Shown here piece after piece: positions 50,009 to 59,191 of a stretch of 59,247 nucleotides of DNA (its first letter is position 1; the number at the start of each line of letters is the position of its first letter). Source of the stretch: an uncultured Candidatus Saccharibacteria bacterium (GTDB lineage Bacteria > Patescibacteriota > Minisyncoccia > JACQLN01); contig CAYIPG010000002.1 of assembly GCA_964365305.1 (NCBI GenBank), forward strand, positions 1 through 59,247. Reading direction: 5' to 3'. The translations under genes were made by a program, and so were the position numbers. Below the pieces are notes generated by a model. The model was given only the letters and a program-made list of their open reading frames with translations, searched no databases and had not been told where the DNA came from.

Positions 50009-51256
50009 ATGAAATACTCTCAATCATTTATTAACACTCTGCGGGATGATCCTAAGGACGAGGTTTCTATTAACGCCAAGTTGTTATTGCGGGGCGGGTT
50101 TGTGGATAAACTCATGGCTGGTTCCTACTCGTTTTTACCGTTGGGCTGGCGGGTTTATCAAAAAATAGAAAATATTATCAGAACTGAAATGAACGCCATC
50201 GGCTCGGAGGAAATTTTAATGCCGCTGCTGCATCCCAAAGAAATCTGGAACGAAACCGGCCGTTGGAATGATCCAGGCGTAAAAGAAATAATGTATCAGT
50301 TTAAAACCGGCGATGGCAAAGAATACGGCCTGTCTTTTACCCACGAGGAGATATTTTTGGATATTGTCCGCAAAAAGTCCTTAAGCTATAAAAATTTGCC
50401 GGTAAAATTGTATCATTTTTCCACCAAGTTTAGAAATGAATTTCGGGCCAAGTCGGGTTTGCTTAGGGGCCGGGAATTTTTAATGAAAGATTTATACAGC
50501 ATTCACACCAACCAGAAAGATCTAGACAAATTTTACTGGGAAGTTAAAGAGGCCTATATGAGAATCTATAAGAAGATTGGCCTGGGCGATACCAAAGTTG
50601 TGGAGGCCTCGGGCGGGGTTTTTACCTCGGGGCGCACGCATGAGTTTCAAATTCCCAGTTCCGCCGGCGAAGATATTATTTATGCCTGCGCCAAGTGCGA
50701 TTGGGCCCAGAACAAAGAGATTTATACGGATAAAATCGGGGGCAAATGTCCGCAATGCGGAGGCCATGTTGAAGAATCAAGTTCCATAGAAGTCGGCAAT
50801 ATTTTTAGGTTCGGCACGGTTTATTCCGAAAAAATGAAAGTTAATTTTAAGGATAAAGAGGGCCAAATTAAACCGGCGTTTTTGGGCAGTTATGGTATTG
50901 GCGTGAGCCGTTTGGTGGGCGCGCTTGCCGAAAAATTTAACGATGAACAAGGCCTCATTTGGCCGAAAACAGCAGCGCCGTTTTTGGTTCATTTGGTTTC
51001 TATTGGCAATGTCGCGGCTGAAGCCGAAAAAATTTACCAGAAAATGTTAAGCGGCGGTTTAGAGGTTTTGTGGGACGATCGCGATGAATCGGCCGGAGTT
51101 AAATTGGCCGATGCCGATCTTATCGGCATACCTTATCGGATGGTGATGAGCGAAAAAACATTGGCCCAAAATAGCGTGGAGATAAAAAAAAGAGATAGTC
51201 AAAAAACGGAATTAATAAAATCGGATCAGGTTGTTTCATATGTATCTGCTAAATAA
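50009..51256 (+). CDS. proS: proline--tRNA ligase, short bacterial-like form without the INS editing domain
   Basis: Class II motifs (FRNEFRAKSGLLRGREF, GSYGIGVSRL). CAKC...CPQC knuckle where INS normally sits. ATG 50009 preferred. Confidence 0.88.
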   Translation: MKYSQSFINTLRDDPKDEVSINAKLLLRGGFVDKLMAGSYSFLPLGWRVYQKIENIIRTEMNAIGSEEILMPLLHPKEIWNETGRWNDPGVKEIMYQFKTGDGKEYGLSFTHEEIFLDIVRKKSLSYKNLPVKLYHFSTKFRNEFRAKSGLLRGREFLMKDLYSIHTNQKDLDKFYWEVKEAYMRIYKKIGLGDTKVVEASGGVFTSGRTHEFQIPSSAGEDIIYACAKCDWAQNKEIYTDKIGGKCPQCGGHVEESSSIEVGNIFRFGTVYSEKMKVNFKDKEGQIKPAFLGSYGIGVSRLVGALAEKFNDEQGLIWPKTAAPFLVHLVSIGNVAAEAEKIYQKMLSGGLEVLWDDRDESAGVKLADADLIGIPYRMVMSEKTLAQNSVEIKKRDSQKTELIKSDQVVSYVSAK

Positions 51257-52301
51257 AATTTTTGGCCATTTTGCCAAAGATATCGGGGTTGATTTAGGCA
51301 CGGTTAACACCCTGGTTTATGTTCAAGGCCGGGGCATTGTTATCAATGAGCCGTCGTTGGTGGCGATCAATAAAAAGACCTCGCAGGTGTTGGCCATCGG
51401 CCGCGAGGCCAAAAAAATGGTGGGCCGGACGCCCAGTCATATTGTAGCCGTCAAGCCGCTGGTGGACGGAGTTATTTCCGATTTTGAAATTACCGAACAG
51501 ATGCTCCGTTATTTTTTTCAAAAGATCCAAGGCGAATCATTTTTTATTATGCCGCGCCCGCGGGTAGTTATCGGCATTCCTTCGGGTGTAACCGAGGTGG
51601 AAAAAAGAGCGGTGGAAGAAGCCGCGCGCAACGCCGGCGCGCGGGAGGTAATGTTGATAGACGAGCCCATGGCGGCGGCCTTGGGCGCGCGCCTGCCGGT
51701 GCAGGAGGCCTTGGGCAATATGGTGGTTGATATTGGCGGCGGCACCACCGAAGTGGCGGTGATTTCTTTGGGCGGCATCGTGGCGGTTAGAAGCTTAAGA
51801 GTGGCCGGCGAAAAACTTAATGACGATATTGTTCAGATGGCTCGCGAAGAATACAATCTGTTGATCGGCGCCCGCACCGCCGAGGATGTTAAAATCGCGG
51901 TGGCGAGCGCGGTGGATCTTAGCGAAAAAATAGAAACAACTATGCGCGGCCGCGATTTGGTAACCGGTTTGCCCAAAGAGATCACGATAAGTTCCAAAGA
52001 AGTGAAAAAGGCGATTGCTAAATCGGTTAAAACATTGGTGGAAGTTATCCGTGAAATAGTTGAACAGACCCCGCCGGAACTTTTAGGCGATATTATGAAG
52101 CGGGGCATAGTACTGGCCGGCGGCGGCAGTTTGCTAAGAGGCATAGACGAAGTTATAAACCGGGAAACCAGTATTGTCGTTAAAATAGCCGATGATCCTC
52201 TAACAGCCGTGGCTCGCGGCACGGGTGTTGTTTTAGAAGATGTTTCTAAATACAGAGATCTTTTGGCTTCCCGTGAATATTTAACCGCTCCCAGAGAATA
52301 A
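51231..52301 (+). CDS. mreB: rod shape-determining protein MreB
   Basis: IGVDLGTVNTLVY, DIGGGTTEVAVIS. Followed by mreC. The start could be 51240. Confidence 0.92.
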   Translation: MFHMYLLNKIFGHFAKDIGVDLGTVNTLVYVQGRGIVINEPSLVAINKKTSQVLAIGREAKKMVGRTPSHIVAVKPLVDGVISDFEITEQMLRYFFQKIQGESFFIMPRPRVVIGIPSGVTEVEKRAVEEAARNAGAREVMLIDEPMAAALGARLPVQEALGNMVVDIGGGTTEVAVISLGGIVAVRSLRVAGEKLNDDIVQMAREEYNLLIGARTAEDVKIAVASAVDLSEKIETTMRGRDLVTGLPKEITISSKEVKKAIAKSVKTLVEVIREIVEQTPPELLGDIMKRGIVLAGGGSLLRGIDEVINRETSIVVKIADDPLTAVARGTGVVLEDVSKYRDLLASREYLTAPRE

Positions 52302-52305
52302 TTTT

Positions 52306-53100
52306 ATGGTGAGATGGCAACAGGCGCTGGCGATTTTTATTTTAACGCTGGTCTTGTTCTTTTCCGACAAGGCCGGTTTTTTTGATTTCGGCGTTAATAT
52401 AATCAATAAATTCACAGTGTCTCCCATCACTAAATTTACCGCCGGCGCGTTGGAAGAATCTTTTTTTATTTTTAAAAACTTCTTGGGCATCCGCCAGATA
52501 ATCAGAGAAAATCTTTTTTTAAGGAGTCAACGCGATTTTTTTAGGGGGGAGTATTTTAAATTGTTGGGAATAGAACAAGAAAATGATTTTTTGCGTCAGG
52601 CCTTAAATTCAGAAAAAGAAAGCAGCTCTAAAATTATTCTGGCGCGTATTGTGTCGTTTGATCCGTTTTATGCCAGCGAGGTGTTTTTAATAGACAAGGG
52701 TTCGGCCGATGGTGTCAACGCCAATGACGCGGTTATTCTGCCTGGCGGGATAGTTGTGGGGCATATTAAGGGTATAAGTTCAAAAGAAAGCCGTGTTTTA
52801 TTGATAACTTCGGCTCAAAGCCGGGTGACAGTGTCTTCGAAAAATAGCCAAATCAGCGGGGTTGTTTCTGGATCGGCCAGCGGCGCTTTAAATTTGGATC
52901 TTGTCTTAAAAAACACCCAATTAAGCCCAGGGGAGATTTTAATTACTTCCGGGTTAGATGGAATTTTTCCGGCGGATTTATTGGTGGGCGAAATAACAAA
53001 AATTACCGATAACAGCGCCGCGTCTTTCCGCCAGGCCTCGGTCCGGCCATTTTTCACACTCCGAGATCTCAAGCAAGTTTTTGTGGTTGTCTCAAAATAA
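52306..53100 (+). CDS. mreC: rod shape-determining protein MreC
   Basis: TM, coiled coil, then GLDGIFPADLLVGEI. Directly after mreB. Confidence 0.85.
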   Translation: MVRWQQALAIFILTLVLFFSDKAGFFDFGVNIINKFTVSPITKFTAGALEESFFIFKNFLGIRQIIRENLFLRSQRDFFRGEYFKLLGIEQENDFLRQALNSEKESSSKIILARIVSFDPFYASEVFLIDKGSADGVNANDAVILPGGIVVGHIKGISSKESRVLLITSAQSRVTVSSKNSQISGVVSGSASGALNLDLVLKNTQLSPGEILITSGLDGIFPADLLVGEITKITDNSAASFRQASVRPFFTLRDLKQVFVVVSK

Positions 53101-53102
53101 TC

Positions 53103-53125
53103 ATATCGGTTTGCGAAACCGATAT
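53103..53125. repeat. 23-bp palindrome ATATCGGTTT-GCG-AAACCGATAT
   Basis: 13 nt upstream of ATG 53138. Confidence 0.9.
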
Positions 53126-53137
53126 ATAATACGAATT

Positions 53138-53857
53138 ATGTATAGTAAAAAGTCATACCCAGGTAATTTGTATCATGTCCTTAATCGTGGTGTTGATAAG
53201 AGGATTATCTTTATCGATAAAGTTGATTATTTAAGATTTATTCGTATTTTGTACGATTTTAATAATATTGAACCGGTGAGTAATTTTAGTTATTTTTTTG
53301 CTAAACAAAAACAAGAAAATTCTATTGGTTTCGCAAACAGATATGGAGTTGGATATAATCAGGGTTCTAGAAAGGTGCTGGTTGATGTTTTGGCTTTTGT
53401 TCTTATGCCCAATCATTATCATTTATTATTAAAACCGCGAATTGAAAATGGTGTAACTCTTTTTATGAAGAAAATTAATATTGGCTATGCGAATTATTTT
53501 AATAAAAAATATGAACGGAGTGGTGCTTTATTCCAAGGGCGTTACAAATCTGTGATTGTGACTAAGGAAGCTCATTTTATACATTTACCTTATTATATTC
53601 ATGCTAATCCTTTGGACTTGGTTATTCCTGAATGGAGAGATGGAAAAGTAAGAAACCCAAAAAAAGCAATGAACTTTTTGAAAAGTTATCGTTGGAGTAG
53701 TTTTAGTGATTATATCGGTCGTGTGAATTTTCCACTAACAACTCAAAGGGATTTTCTTTTGGAATTTGTAGGTGGAACTACAAGGTACAAAATAAATTTT
53801 TCAGAGTGGCTTCGAGCGATGGATATGGATAAACTAAACAGCTTTACTTTGGAATAA
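53138..53857 (+). CDS. IS200/RAYT-like HUH-Y1 transposase-family protein, paralog 2
   Basis: LMPNHYHLLLKP (HUH) and YYIHANP (Tyr motif). ATG 53138; the track start 53081 reads through the flanking palindrome. Confidence 0.8.
   Translation: MYSKKSYPGNLYHVLNRGVDKRIIFIDKVDYLRFIRILYDFNNIEPVSNFSYFFAKQKQENSIGFANRYGVGYNQGSRKVLVDVLAFVLMPNHYHLLLKPRIENGVTLFMKKINIGYANYFNKKYERSGALFQGRYKSVIVTKEAHFIHLPYYIHANPLDLVIPEWRDGKVRNPKKAMNFLKSYRWSSFSDYIGRVNFPLTTQRDFLLEFVGGTTRYKINFSEWLRAMDMDKLNSFTLE
53323..53343. repeat. degenerate intragenic copy TATTGGTTT-CGC-AAACAGATA
   Basis: Encodes SIGFANRY. Differs at 2 positions from the 3' flank copy. Confidence 0.8.
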
Positions 53858-53863
53858 TTTAAT

Positions 53864-53884
53864 TATCGGTTTCGCAAACCGATA
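53864..53884. repeat. 21-bp palindrome TATCGGTTT-CGC-AAACCGATA
   Basis: 6 nt after stop 53857. Its last base is the A of the next ATG. Confidence 0.9.
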
Positions 53885-54234
53885 TGGGGTTATTTAACTT
53901 TATGGACTACCAAATTAATAAAAAGTTATTGGGTTCGAAATATCGGCGGGAGATGTGGCAAAACTCCAAAAACATAATTAAAAAATTGGAGAAAGTTTTA
54001 CCGATTTCAGAGGCCTACTTAATGGGTGGTTTTACCACCAAGAAGCCCCGCCCCGCCGATGTAGATTTTATAATTTTGCTGAAAATAAAAGACAAAAACC
54101 ATAAAGCCAAATGGTCGGTGGATTTGGTCATCGCTCCCGACAACAAATATGGCCAGTTTGTGCTGGAAGATGGTGATAAATGGGTCAAAGAAAAATATGG
54201 GTTGGATAAATCAACCATGATAAGAATTAGATAA
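53884..54234 (+). CDS. minimal nucleotidyltransferase-fold protein (Pol-beta superfamily-like)
   Basis: MGGFTTKKPRPADVDFIILL resembles the GS-x(n)-DxD NTase motif. Confidence 0.5.
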   Translation: MGLFNFMDYQINKKLLGSKYRREMWQNSKNIIKKLEKVLPISEAYLMGGFTTKKPRPADVDFIILLKIKDKNHKAKWSVDLVIAPDNKYGQFVLEDGDKWVKEKYGLDKSTMIRIR

Positions 54235-54280
54235 CCTATTATTTGCCTTTAGTTTTTTGTTTTGCTAGAATGTCGGCATT

Positions 54281-54964
54281 ATGGAAAATGAAAACAACAA
54301 TAATTCATCAGCCGAAAATAAAAACAGCCCTTTAACTATTCCGGTTGCCATTTTGGTGGCTGGAGTGTTAATAGCCGGATCAGTTTGGTTTAGAACCGGA
54401 AATAAAATTGACACCACGGCTACTGTCGGTAATAAAAAGTTAGACAAAATAGAACTGGGCAATTTGCCGATTTTGGGCGATGAGAAAGCCAAAATAGAAA
54501 TAGTGGAATTTGGCGATTTCCAGTGCCCGTTTTGCGGCAAATTTTTTATGGAGACCGAGCTGTTGATCCGTGAGCAATACATTAAAACCGGGAAAGTTAA
54601 ATTTGTCTGGCGCGATTTTGCTTTTTTAGGGCCGGAATCGTTTGAGGCGGCCGAAGCGGCCCGTTGCGCCAATGATCAGGGCCAGTTTTGGCAGTATCAT
54701 GATATTCTTTTTAACCGCCAAAGTGGTGAAAATGAGGGCGCCTTCAGTAAAGATAAACTCAAAGGTTTTGCCGTAGAATTGGGTTTGAATCAAACTGACT
54801 TTGATAGTTGTTTGGACAGCGGCAAATATATTCAGGCCGTAAAAGACGATACTGATTATGCCAAAACAGTGGGCGTGGACAGCACTCCTTCAACTTTTGT
54901 GAACGGCGAACTACTGAAAGGCGCTGTGCCATTTAGTAATTTTAAGGCGCTCATAGAAAAATAA
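54281..54964 (+). CDS. DsbA-family thiol:disulfide oxidoreductase
   Basis: TM anchor. FGDFQCPFCGKF thioredoxin CxxC. Confidence 0.85.
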   Translation: MENENNNNSSAENKNSPLTIPVAILVAGVLIAGSVWFRTGNKIDTTATVGNKKLDKIELGNLPILGDEKAKIEIVEFGDFQCPFCGKFFMETELLIREQYIKTGKVKFVWRDFAFLGPESFEAAEAARCANDQGQFWQYHDILFNRQSGENEGAFSKDKLKGFAVELGLNQTDFDSCLDSGKYIQAVKDDTDYAKTVGVDSTPSTFVNGELLKGAVPFSNFKALIEK

Positions 54965-54969
54965 TTAGC

Positions 54970-55593
54970 ATGGACGAACAAAATAATTCAGACGGTCAAA
55001 ATAGTCAGGAATTTGATAAAAAAGAACGCCGCGAGTTGAGGCGTCAGGAAGAAGAACAACAGCAGGCGTCTAGACAGATACACAAAAAGACAAAAAAGAT
55101 ATTTGTTTGGATTGGAGTTGTTGCTGTTTTGGCGTGGGGCGGTTGGGGTGTTTACAAATGGGTCAAGACATCTGAAGCCGATAAACCCGGCGAGGCCATT
55201 TCTATTCAACCGGCCGAGCATATTCAGCCCGGCGAACCTTTGCCTGGTTTATATCTTTCCAATCCGCCGGTCTCGGGTTGGCACTATGGTCAAACGGCGG
55301 AATGGGGTATTTATGATAAAGAATTGATTGATCAGAATGTTATTCATAATCTAGAGCATGGCGGCATTTGGATTTCTTACAAGCCCGACGCGCCGACGGA
55401 ACTTATCGCCAAATTAAAAGAGGTGGCGGGCAGATACAGTCGGAAAGTGATATTGGCTCCGCGCGCGGCCAACGATTCCATAATCGCTGTGGCCGCTTGG
55501 GGGCGGTTGGATAAATTTGGTTATTTTGACGAAGCCCGCATTGTAAAATTCATCAAGGCCTTCAAAGACAAAGGCCCCGAATTTGTTCCATAA
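54970..55593 (+). CDS. DUF3105-like membrane-anchored protein
   Basis: TM, then HNLEHGGIWISYKPD motif. Confidence 0.7.
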   Translation: MDEQNNSDGQNSQEFDKKERRELRRQEEEQQQASRQIHKKTKKIFVWIGVVAVLAWGGWGVYKWVKTSEADKPGEAISIQPAEHIQPGEPLPGLYLSNPPVSGWHYGQTAEWGIYDKELIDQNVIHNLEHGGIWISYKPDAPTELIAKLKEVAGRYSRKVILAPRAANDSIIAVAAWGRLDKFGYFDEARIVKFIKAFKDKGPEFVP

Positions 55594-55620
55594 ATGTTAA
55601 ACATCGGATGTTTAACATTT
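55592..55620. repeat. 29-bp perfect palindrome AAATGTTAAACAT-CGG-ATGTTTAACATTT
   Basis: 13+3+13. Overlaps the stop codon 55591-55593. Confidence 0.88.
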
Positions 55621-55632
55621 GGGTAATTAAAA

Positions 55633-55663
55633 ATCCCCGTCGGTTTTTTGGCGGGGATTTTTG
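55633..55663 (+). terminator. intrinsic (bidirectional) terminator between convergent genes
   Basis: ATCCCCGTC-GGTTTTTT-GGCGGGGAT followed by TTTTGTG. Closely resembles 16926-16961. Confidence 0.75.
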
Positions 55664-55691
55664 TGTGCCAAGCTTAGCTTGGCGCAGGGAT

Positions 55692-55931
55692 TTAATCCAG
55701 ATGGGGTTCGTTGGGGAAGTGACGCTTTTTGCGGTCAATTCCATAGAGCATTCCTGGTACAAGAAATATCCAGGCCGTCAGGGTTATCACTCCGATGAAG
55801 AAGTTGACCCTGAAAGAAGTTGTTATTGAAAATATCGCCAAGGCGACGGTGGCTAACCCATATACATCGCTATGGCCTTGGATGAAATTTTTCCACGAAA
55901 CCATAATGCCGTAACGCAATTGGCCAATCAT
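55692..55931 (-). CDS. small membrane protein
   Basis: Two TM segments. SD GGGAGG upstream of ATG 55931. Confidence 0.6.
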   Translation of the reverse strand: MIGQLRYGIMVSWKNFIQGHSDVYGLATVALAIFSITTSFRVNFFIGVITLTAWIFLVPGMLYGIDRKKRHFPNEPHLD

Positions 55932-56113
55932 TCCGCCTCCCTTTTGTAAGGATAAAGAACCGGCTCACTACTATAAAAAGAACAAAATTATCTTAATAGT
56001 TTTGTTGAGTCCAGCGCATTCTATAGAGGCCTCGCCTCGATAATAAATAAGCCGCCTCGGGGCGGCTGGCGCCATGCCTTTAGGCAGGGTGGATTTCTAA
56101 CAGGGTCAGTTTG

Positions 56114-56143
56114 TTGAGTCCAGATTGGATTTTGTGCTATCAT
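56114..56143 (+). promoter_or_regulatory. candidate promoter TTGAGT-18-TATCAT (TGC extension) for ftsK
   Basis: Sequence match. Confidence 0.4.
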
Positions 56144-56173
56144 GAACCTGTTTAGAGGTCTAAATTTTTAAAA

Positions 56174-58417
56174 ATGGCATCAGAACAGGAACCGAAAAAC
56201 GGCAAGAAAAATTATTCCAAAAAAGCAAAGAAAAGCGGCTGGTTTCATTTGGAACATGGAGTCAAACGGGGCGTGGCTGGTGTAATACTTTTAGCGTTGG
56301 CGCTAGTAATGACGATTTCTTATTTTGGCGTGTCGGGGTCGTTTTCTTCGCTGGTTATCCAGGTTTCGCAATATCTTTTTGGTTCCGGCAGTTTTTTTGT
56401 GCCGTTGACTTTATTTTTCACGGCCTTTTTTGTTTTAACCTCGGAAAAGAAAAAAATTCTGGGCTCAACCGTGGTGGGCGCGGGACTATTTTTGTTAAGC
56501 GCGCTGGGGCTTTTTGAAATTCTTACGAATACCCGCGCTGGCGGCCAGGCGGGTTATTATTTTGCCTGGCCTTGGGTGTATTTTTTTGGTTTTTGGGGCG
56601 CGCTGATATTTTTTACGGCCTTTGTATTTTCGGCTTTGCTGGTTATTTTCCGGGTGCCCTTGAAAGATCAAATCAAAGAAAAATTTACTTTCAGCCCCGA
56701 TGAAACCGGCGAGATGATTCCCGAAAAAAAATTGGTTTTGGAAAAAGGTTTGGTGAGCCATGTTTCCACGGTTCTTGCCAAAGCCAAATCGGTTAAAGCC
56801 ATACCCAAGCCCTTGCCGGCCGAAGACACAGTTACTATAAACAGTCCGGTTGGATCTGTTACTCCGACGGCGGAAAGCAAAAAGAAACCGTCAGCAGAAA
56901 ATCCTTTCGGATTAAACATTTTACCCGCCGCCGCCGGTTACAAATTTCCGCCTTTGGATTTATTGGAAGAAGACGGCGCTATGCCGGTTACAGGCGATAT
57001 TAAAGCCAACGCCATTATTATTCAAAAAACGCTGGAGAATTTTAATATTCCAGTGGAAATGTCGGAGGTGAACATCGGTCCAGCCGTAACCCAATTTACC
57101 TTAAAACCGGCCATTGGCGTAAAACTTTCCAAAATAACCGCTTTGCATAATGATCTTTCATTGGCTTTGGCGGTTCATCCCATCAGAATAGAAGCGCCCA
57201 TTCCGGGAAAATCGCTGGTGGGCATTGAAGTGCCCAACCATAAATCCATGGTGGTTCGGTTAAAAGGCATGTTGCAAAGTTTTGACGCCGAAGAACGCAA
57301 GAGTTTTCTTAATATTGCCATAGGCAAGGATGTTTCCGGCCGGCCGGTTTGGACCACGCTCACAAAAATGCCGCATCTGCTGATCGCGGGCGCCACCGGT
57401 TCCGGAAAAAGCGTGGCTATAAATTCCATGATTATAAATCTGCTGTATCAACACTCGCCCGAAATTTTAAGGTTTATAATGATTGATCCCAAAAGAGTGG
57501 AATTAACTCTTTACAACGGCATCCCGCACCTACTGACTCCAGTTATCGTTGAGCATAAAAAAGTTGTTTCGTCGTTAAGGTGGGCGGTTTCGGAAATGGA
57601 AAGAAGGTATGAAACATTGTCACAGGCCGGTGTGCGCGACATCCATGGCTACAATACTCATGTCAATTCCAGCAAAGATAAAGATCTAATGCCCTATATT
57701 GTGATTGTGGTGGATGAATTGGCCGATTTAATGGCCGCTTACGCGCGTGAAATAGAAGGCGCGGTGGTGCGGTTGGCGCAGATGGCGCGGGCGGTAGGCA
57801 TTCATTTGGTTTTGGCCACCCAACGGCCTTCGGTGGAAGTAATCACTGGTTTAATTAAAGCCAATATAACTAGTCGGGCGGCTTTCGCGGTGGCCTCGCA
57901 AATTGATTCGCGCACTATTCTGGATTCAGCCGGCGCCGAAAAACTTTTGGGCTCGGGCGATATGTTGTTTGTTTCGGCGGAATCCTCCAAGCCCAAACGG
58001 CTTCAAGGCACTTATGTTTCCGATAAAGAAATTAAAAAAGTGGTGGGCTTTATAAAATCCCATCAAGCCGAAGCAGAAAATTCCGATCAAAAAGAAGAAG
58101 ATGCGTCTTTGGATAAAACCTTGGCCGATAAAAATATTTCTTTAGTTATGGATCTGGAAAAAGTGGAAGACGGCGGTGTTGATGAAGATGAATTATTGCC
58201 CCAGGCCCAAGAAGTGGTGATGCAAGCCGGCAAGGCCTCGGCTTCGTTGTTGCAACGCCGTTTAAGAGTCGGCTACGCCCGCGCCGCGCGTATTTTGGAT
58301 ATTCTGGAAGCGCGGGGAATTATTGGGCCGGGGGAAGGAGCTAAACCGAGGGAAGTGTTGATCAATATTGCTGTCGCGGATAAAGAAAGCCCAGAGGAAA
58401 ATCTGGAGTCATTGTAG
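56174..58417 (+). CDS. ftsK: DNA translocase FtsK/SpoIIIE
   Basis: N-terminal TM segments, Walker A GATGSGKS, C-terminal gamma wHTH SLLQRRLRVGYARAARILDILE. Confidence 0.93.
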   Translation: MASEQEPKNGKKNYSKKAKKSGWFHLEHGVKRGVAGVILLALALVMTISYFGVSGSFSSLVIQVSQYLFGSGSFFVPLTLFFTAFFVLTSEKKKILGSTVVGAGLFLLSALGLFEILTNTRAGGQAGYYFAWPWVYFFGFWGALIFFTAFVFSALLVIFRVPLKDQIKEKFTFSPDETGEMIPEKKLVLEKGLVSHVSTVLAKAKSVKAIPKPLPAEDTVTINSPVGSVTPTAESKKKPSAENPFGLNILPAAAGYKFPPLDLLEEDGAMPVTGDIKANAIIIQKTLENFNIPVEMSEVNIGPAVTQFTLKPAIGVKLSKITALHNDLSLALAVHPIRIEAPIPGKSLVGIEVPNHKSMVVRLKGMLQSFDAEERKSFLNIAIGKDVSGRPVWTTLTKMPHLLIAGATGSGKSVAINSMIINLLYQHSPEILRFIMIDPKRVELTLYNGIPHLLTPVIVEHKKVVSSLRWAVSEMERRYETLSQAGVRDIHGYNTHVNSSKDKDLMPYIVIVVDELADLMAAYAREIEGAVVRLAQMARAVGIHLVLATQRPSVEVITGLIKANITSRAAFAVASQIDSRTILDSAGAEKLLGSGDMLFVSAESSKPKRLQGTYVSDKEIKKVVGFIKSHQAEAENSDQKEEDASLDKTLADKNISLVMDLEKVEDGGVDEDELLPQAQEVVMQAGKASASLLQRRLRVGYARAARILDILEARGIIGPGEGAKPREVLINIAVADKESPEENLESL

Positions 58418-58507
58418 TGAATTTTCAATTTTTAAATTCCAATTATCAATCAATTTTCAATGTTTCAATTTTCAATGTTTTCTTACTTGTAAATTGTAAA
58501 TTGTAAA
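58418..58507. repeat. TTCAAT / ATTGTAAA word-repeat hairpin element (ftsK to RodZ-like gene)
   Basis: TTTTCAAT x4 in the 5' half, (TGTAAAT)x3 and ATTGATAATTG in the 3' half. CAATTATCAAT pairs with ATTGATAATTG. Confidence 0.8.
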
Positions 58508-59191
58508 TTGATAATTGTTAGCGTGCCCATCGCCCACACCAAAGACAATTTGCTGTTGAATGAATATCTGGCCCAAAGAAGAAAATTTTTAAAAATCGGC
58601 CTTGGAGAACTGGCCTTAAAAACAAAAATTCAACTTAAACACTTAAAAAAAATAGAAGCTGGTGATTGGACTAATTTGCCGTCGGCCGCCTACACCAAAG
58701 GATTTTTAAAAAAATACGCCCAGGTTATCGGTTTGGATGAGGGTGAGGTTGGCCAGCGCTATGAAATGGAATTGGCGGAGTTATCCGAGTCCATTGACGG
58801 TTCGGCCGATAATAGTTTTTTTTCTGGTCTTGCCAACAAAGTGGATTTTTTAAAGGATTTGCCCATGTGGAAAGTTATGGTTGCGGTAGGCGTGGTGGCA
58901 GTGTTAAGTTACATGTCTTGGCAGATCAGCGTAATTTTGGAAAAACCTAATTTGGAAATTAGTTTTCCTAAAGAGGATATCACGGTTTTAGGTTCAAATT
59001 TAACAGTTGAAGGCCAGGTTTCTTTGGGAGACGCATTAAGCATAAATAATGAGCAAATTTATTCCGAGGAGAATGGATTTTTTAAGAAAGAAATAGAATT
59101 GTTAAGCGGAGTGAATATTTTGGAAATAAAAGCGGTAAGCCGCTTTGGCGAAGAAACAAAAATTATAAGAAGAGTAACTTACAATCCTTAA
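58508..59191 (+). CDS. RodZ-like HTH membrane protein
   Basis: HTH LGELALKTKIQLKHLKKIEAG, then AYTKGFLKKYAQVIGLD, a TM segment and a C-terminal domain. Start codon uncertain (TTG 58508 or GTG 58523). Confidence 0.7.
   Translation: MIIVSVPIAHTKDNLLLNEYLAQRRKFLKIGLGELALKTKIQLKHLKKIEAGDWTNLPSAAYTKGFLKKYAQVIGLDEGEVGQRYEMELAELSESIDGSADNSFFSGLANKVDFLKDLPMWKVMVAVGVVAVLSYMSWQISVILEKPNLEISFPKEDITVLGSNLTVEGQVSLGDALSINNEQIYSEENGFFKKEIELLSGVNILEIKAVSRFGEETKIIRRVTYNP

Larger units (their letters stand above)
53103..53884 (+). mobile_element. candidate IS200/REP-RAYT-like unit 2: Y1 gene bounded by TATCGGTTT-NNN-AAACCGATA palindromes
   Basis: Palindromes at 53103-53125, 53323-53343 (intragenic, 2 changes) and 53864-53884. 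Confidence 0.55.

Noticed and set aside
53081-53137. Track start of the second Y1 gene (MWLSQNNHIGLRNRY...)
   Set aside because: It reads through the end of mreC and the flanking palindrome. MYSKKSYPGNLYHVLNRG aligns with the N-terminus of the first paralog (MRKTKFAPGEHFHIFNRG).
55608-55829. 73-aa plus-strand ORF after the DUF3105-like gene
   Set aside because: It starts inside the 29-bp palindrome, runs through the terminator hairpin, and is antisense to the better-supported SD-led membrane gene 55692-55931.
56001-56123. 14-bp direct repeat TTTGTTGAGTCCAG (56001-56014 and 56110-56123) upstream of ftsK
   Set aside because: It is a single pair of short repeats in a divergent promoter region. 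It may be a regulator-binding site duplication, but there is no further support.
306-59191. The many antisense or alternative-frame ORFs of 60-160 aa in the track. Examples: 306-587, 2845-3165, 3921-4334, 6046-6405, 12633-13016, 17881-18237, 32719-33141, 34504-34995, 35301-35723, 43852-44328, 47331-47747, 51833-52222 and 54265-54672.
   Set aside because: Each lies entirely within a longer ORF that has clear family motifs on the other strand or frame. Their translations are low-complexity or Arg/Ser/Pro-rich, as expected for shadow frames.
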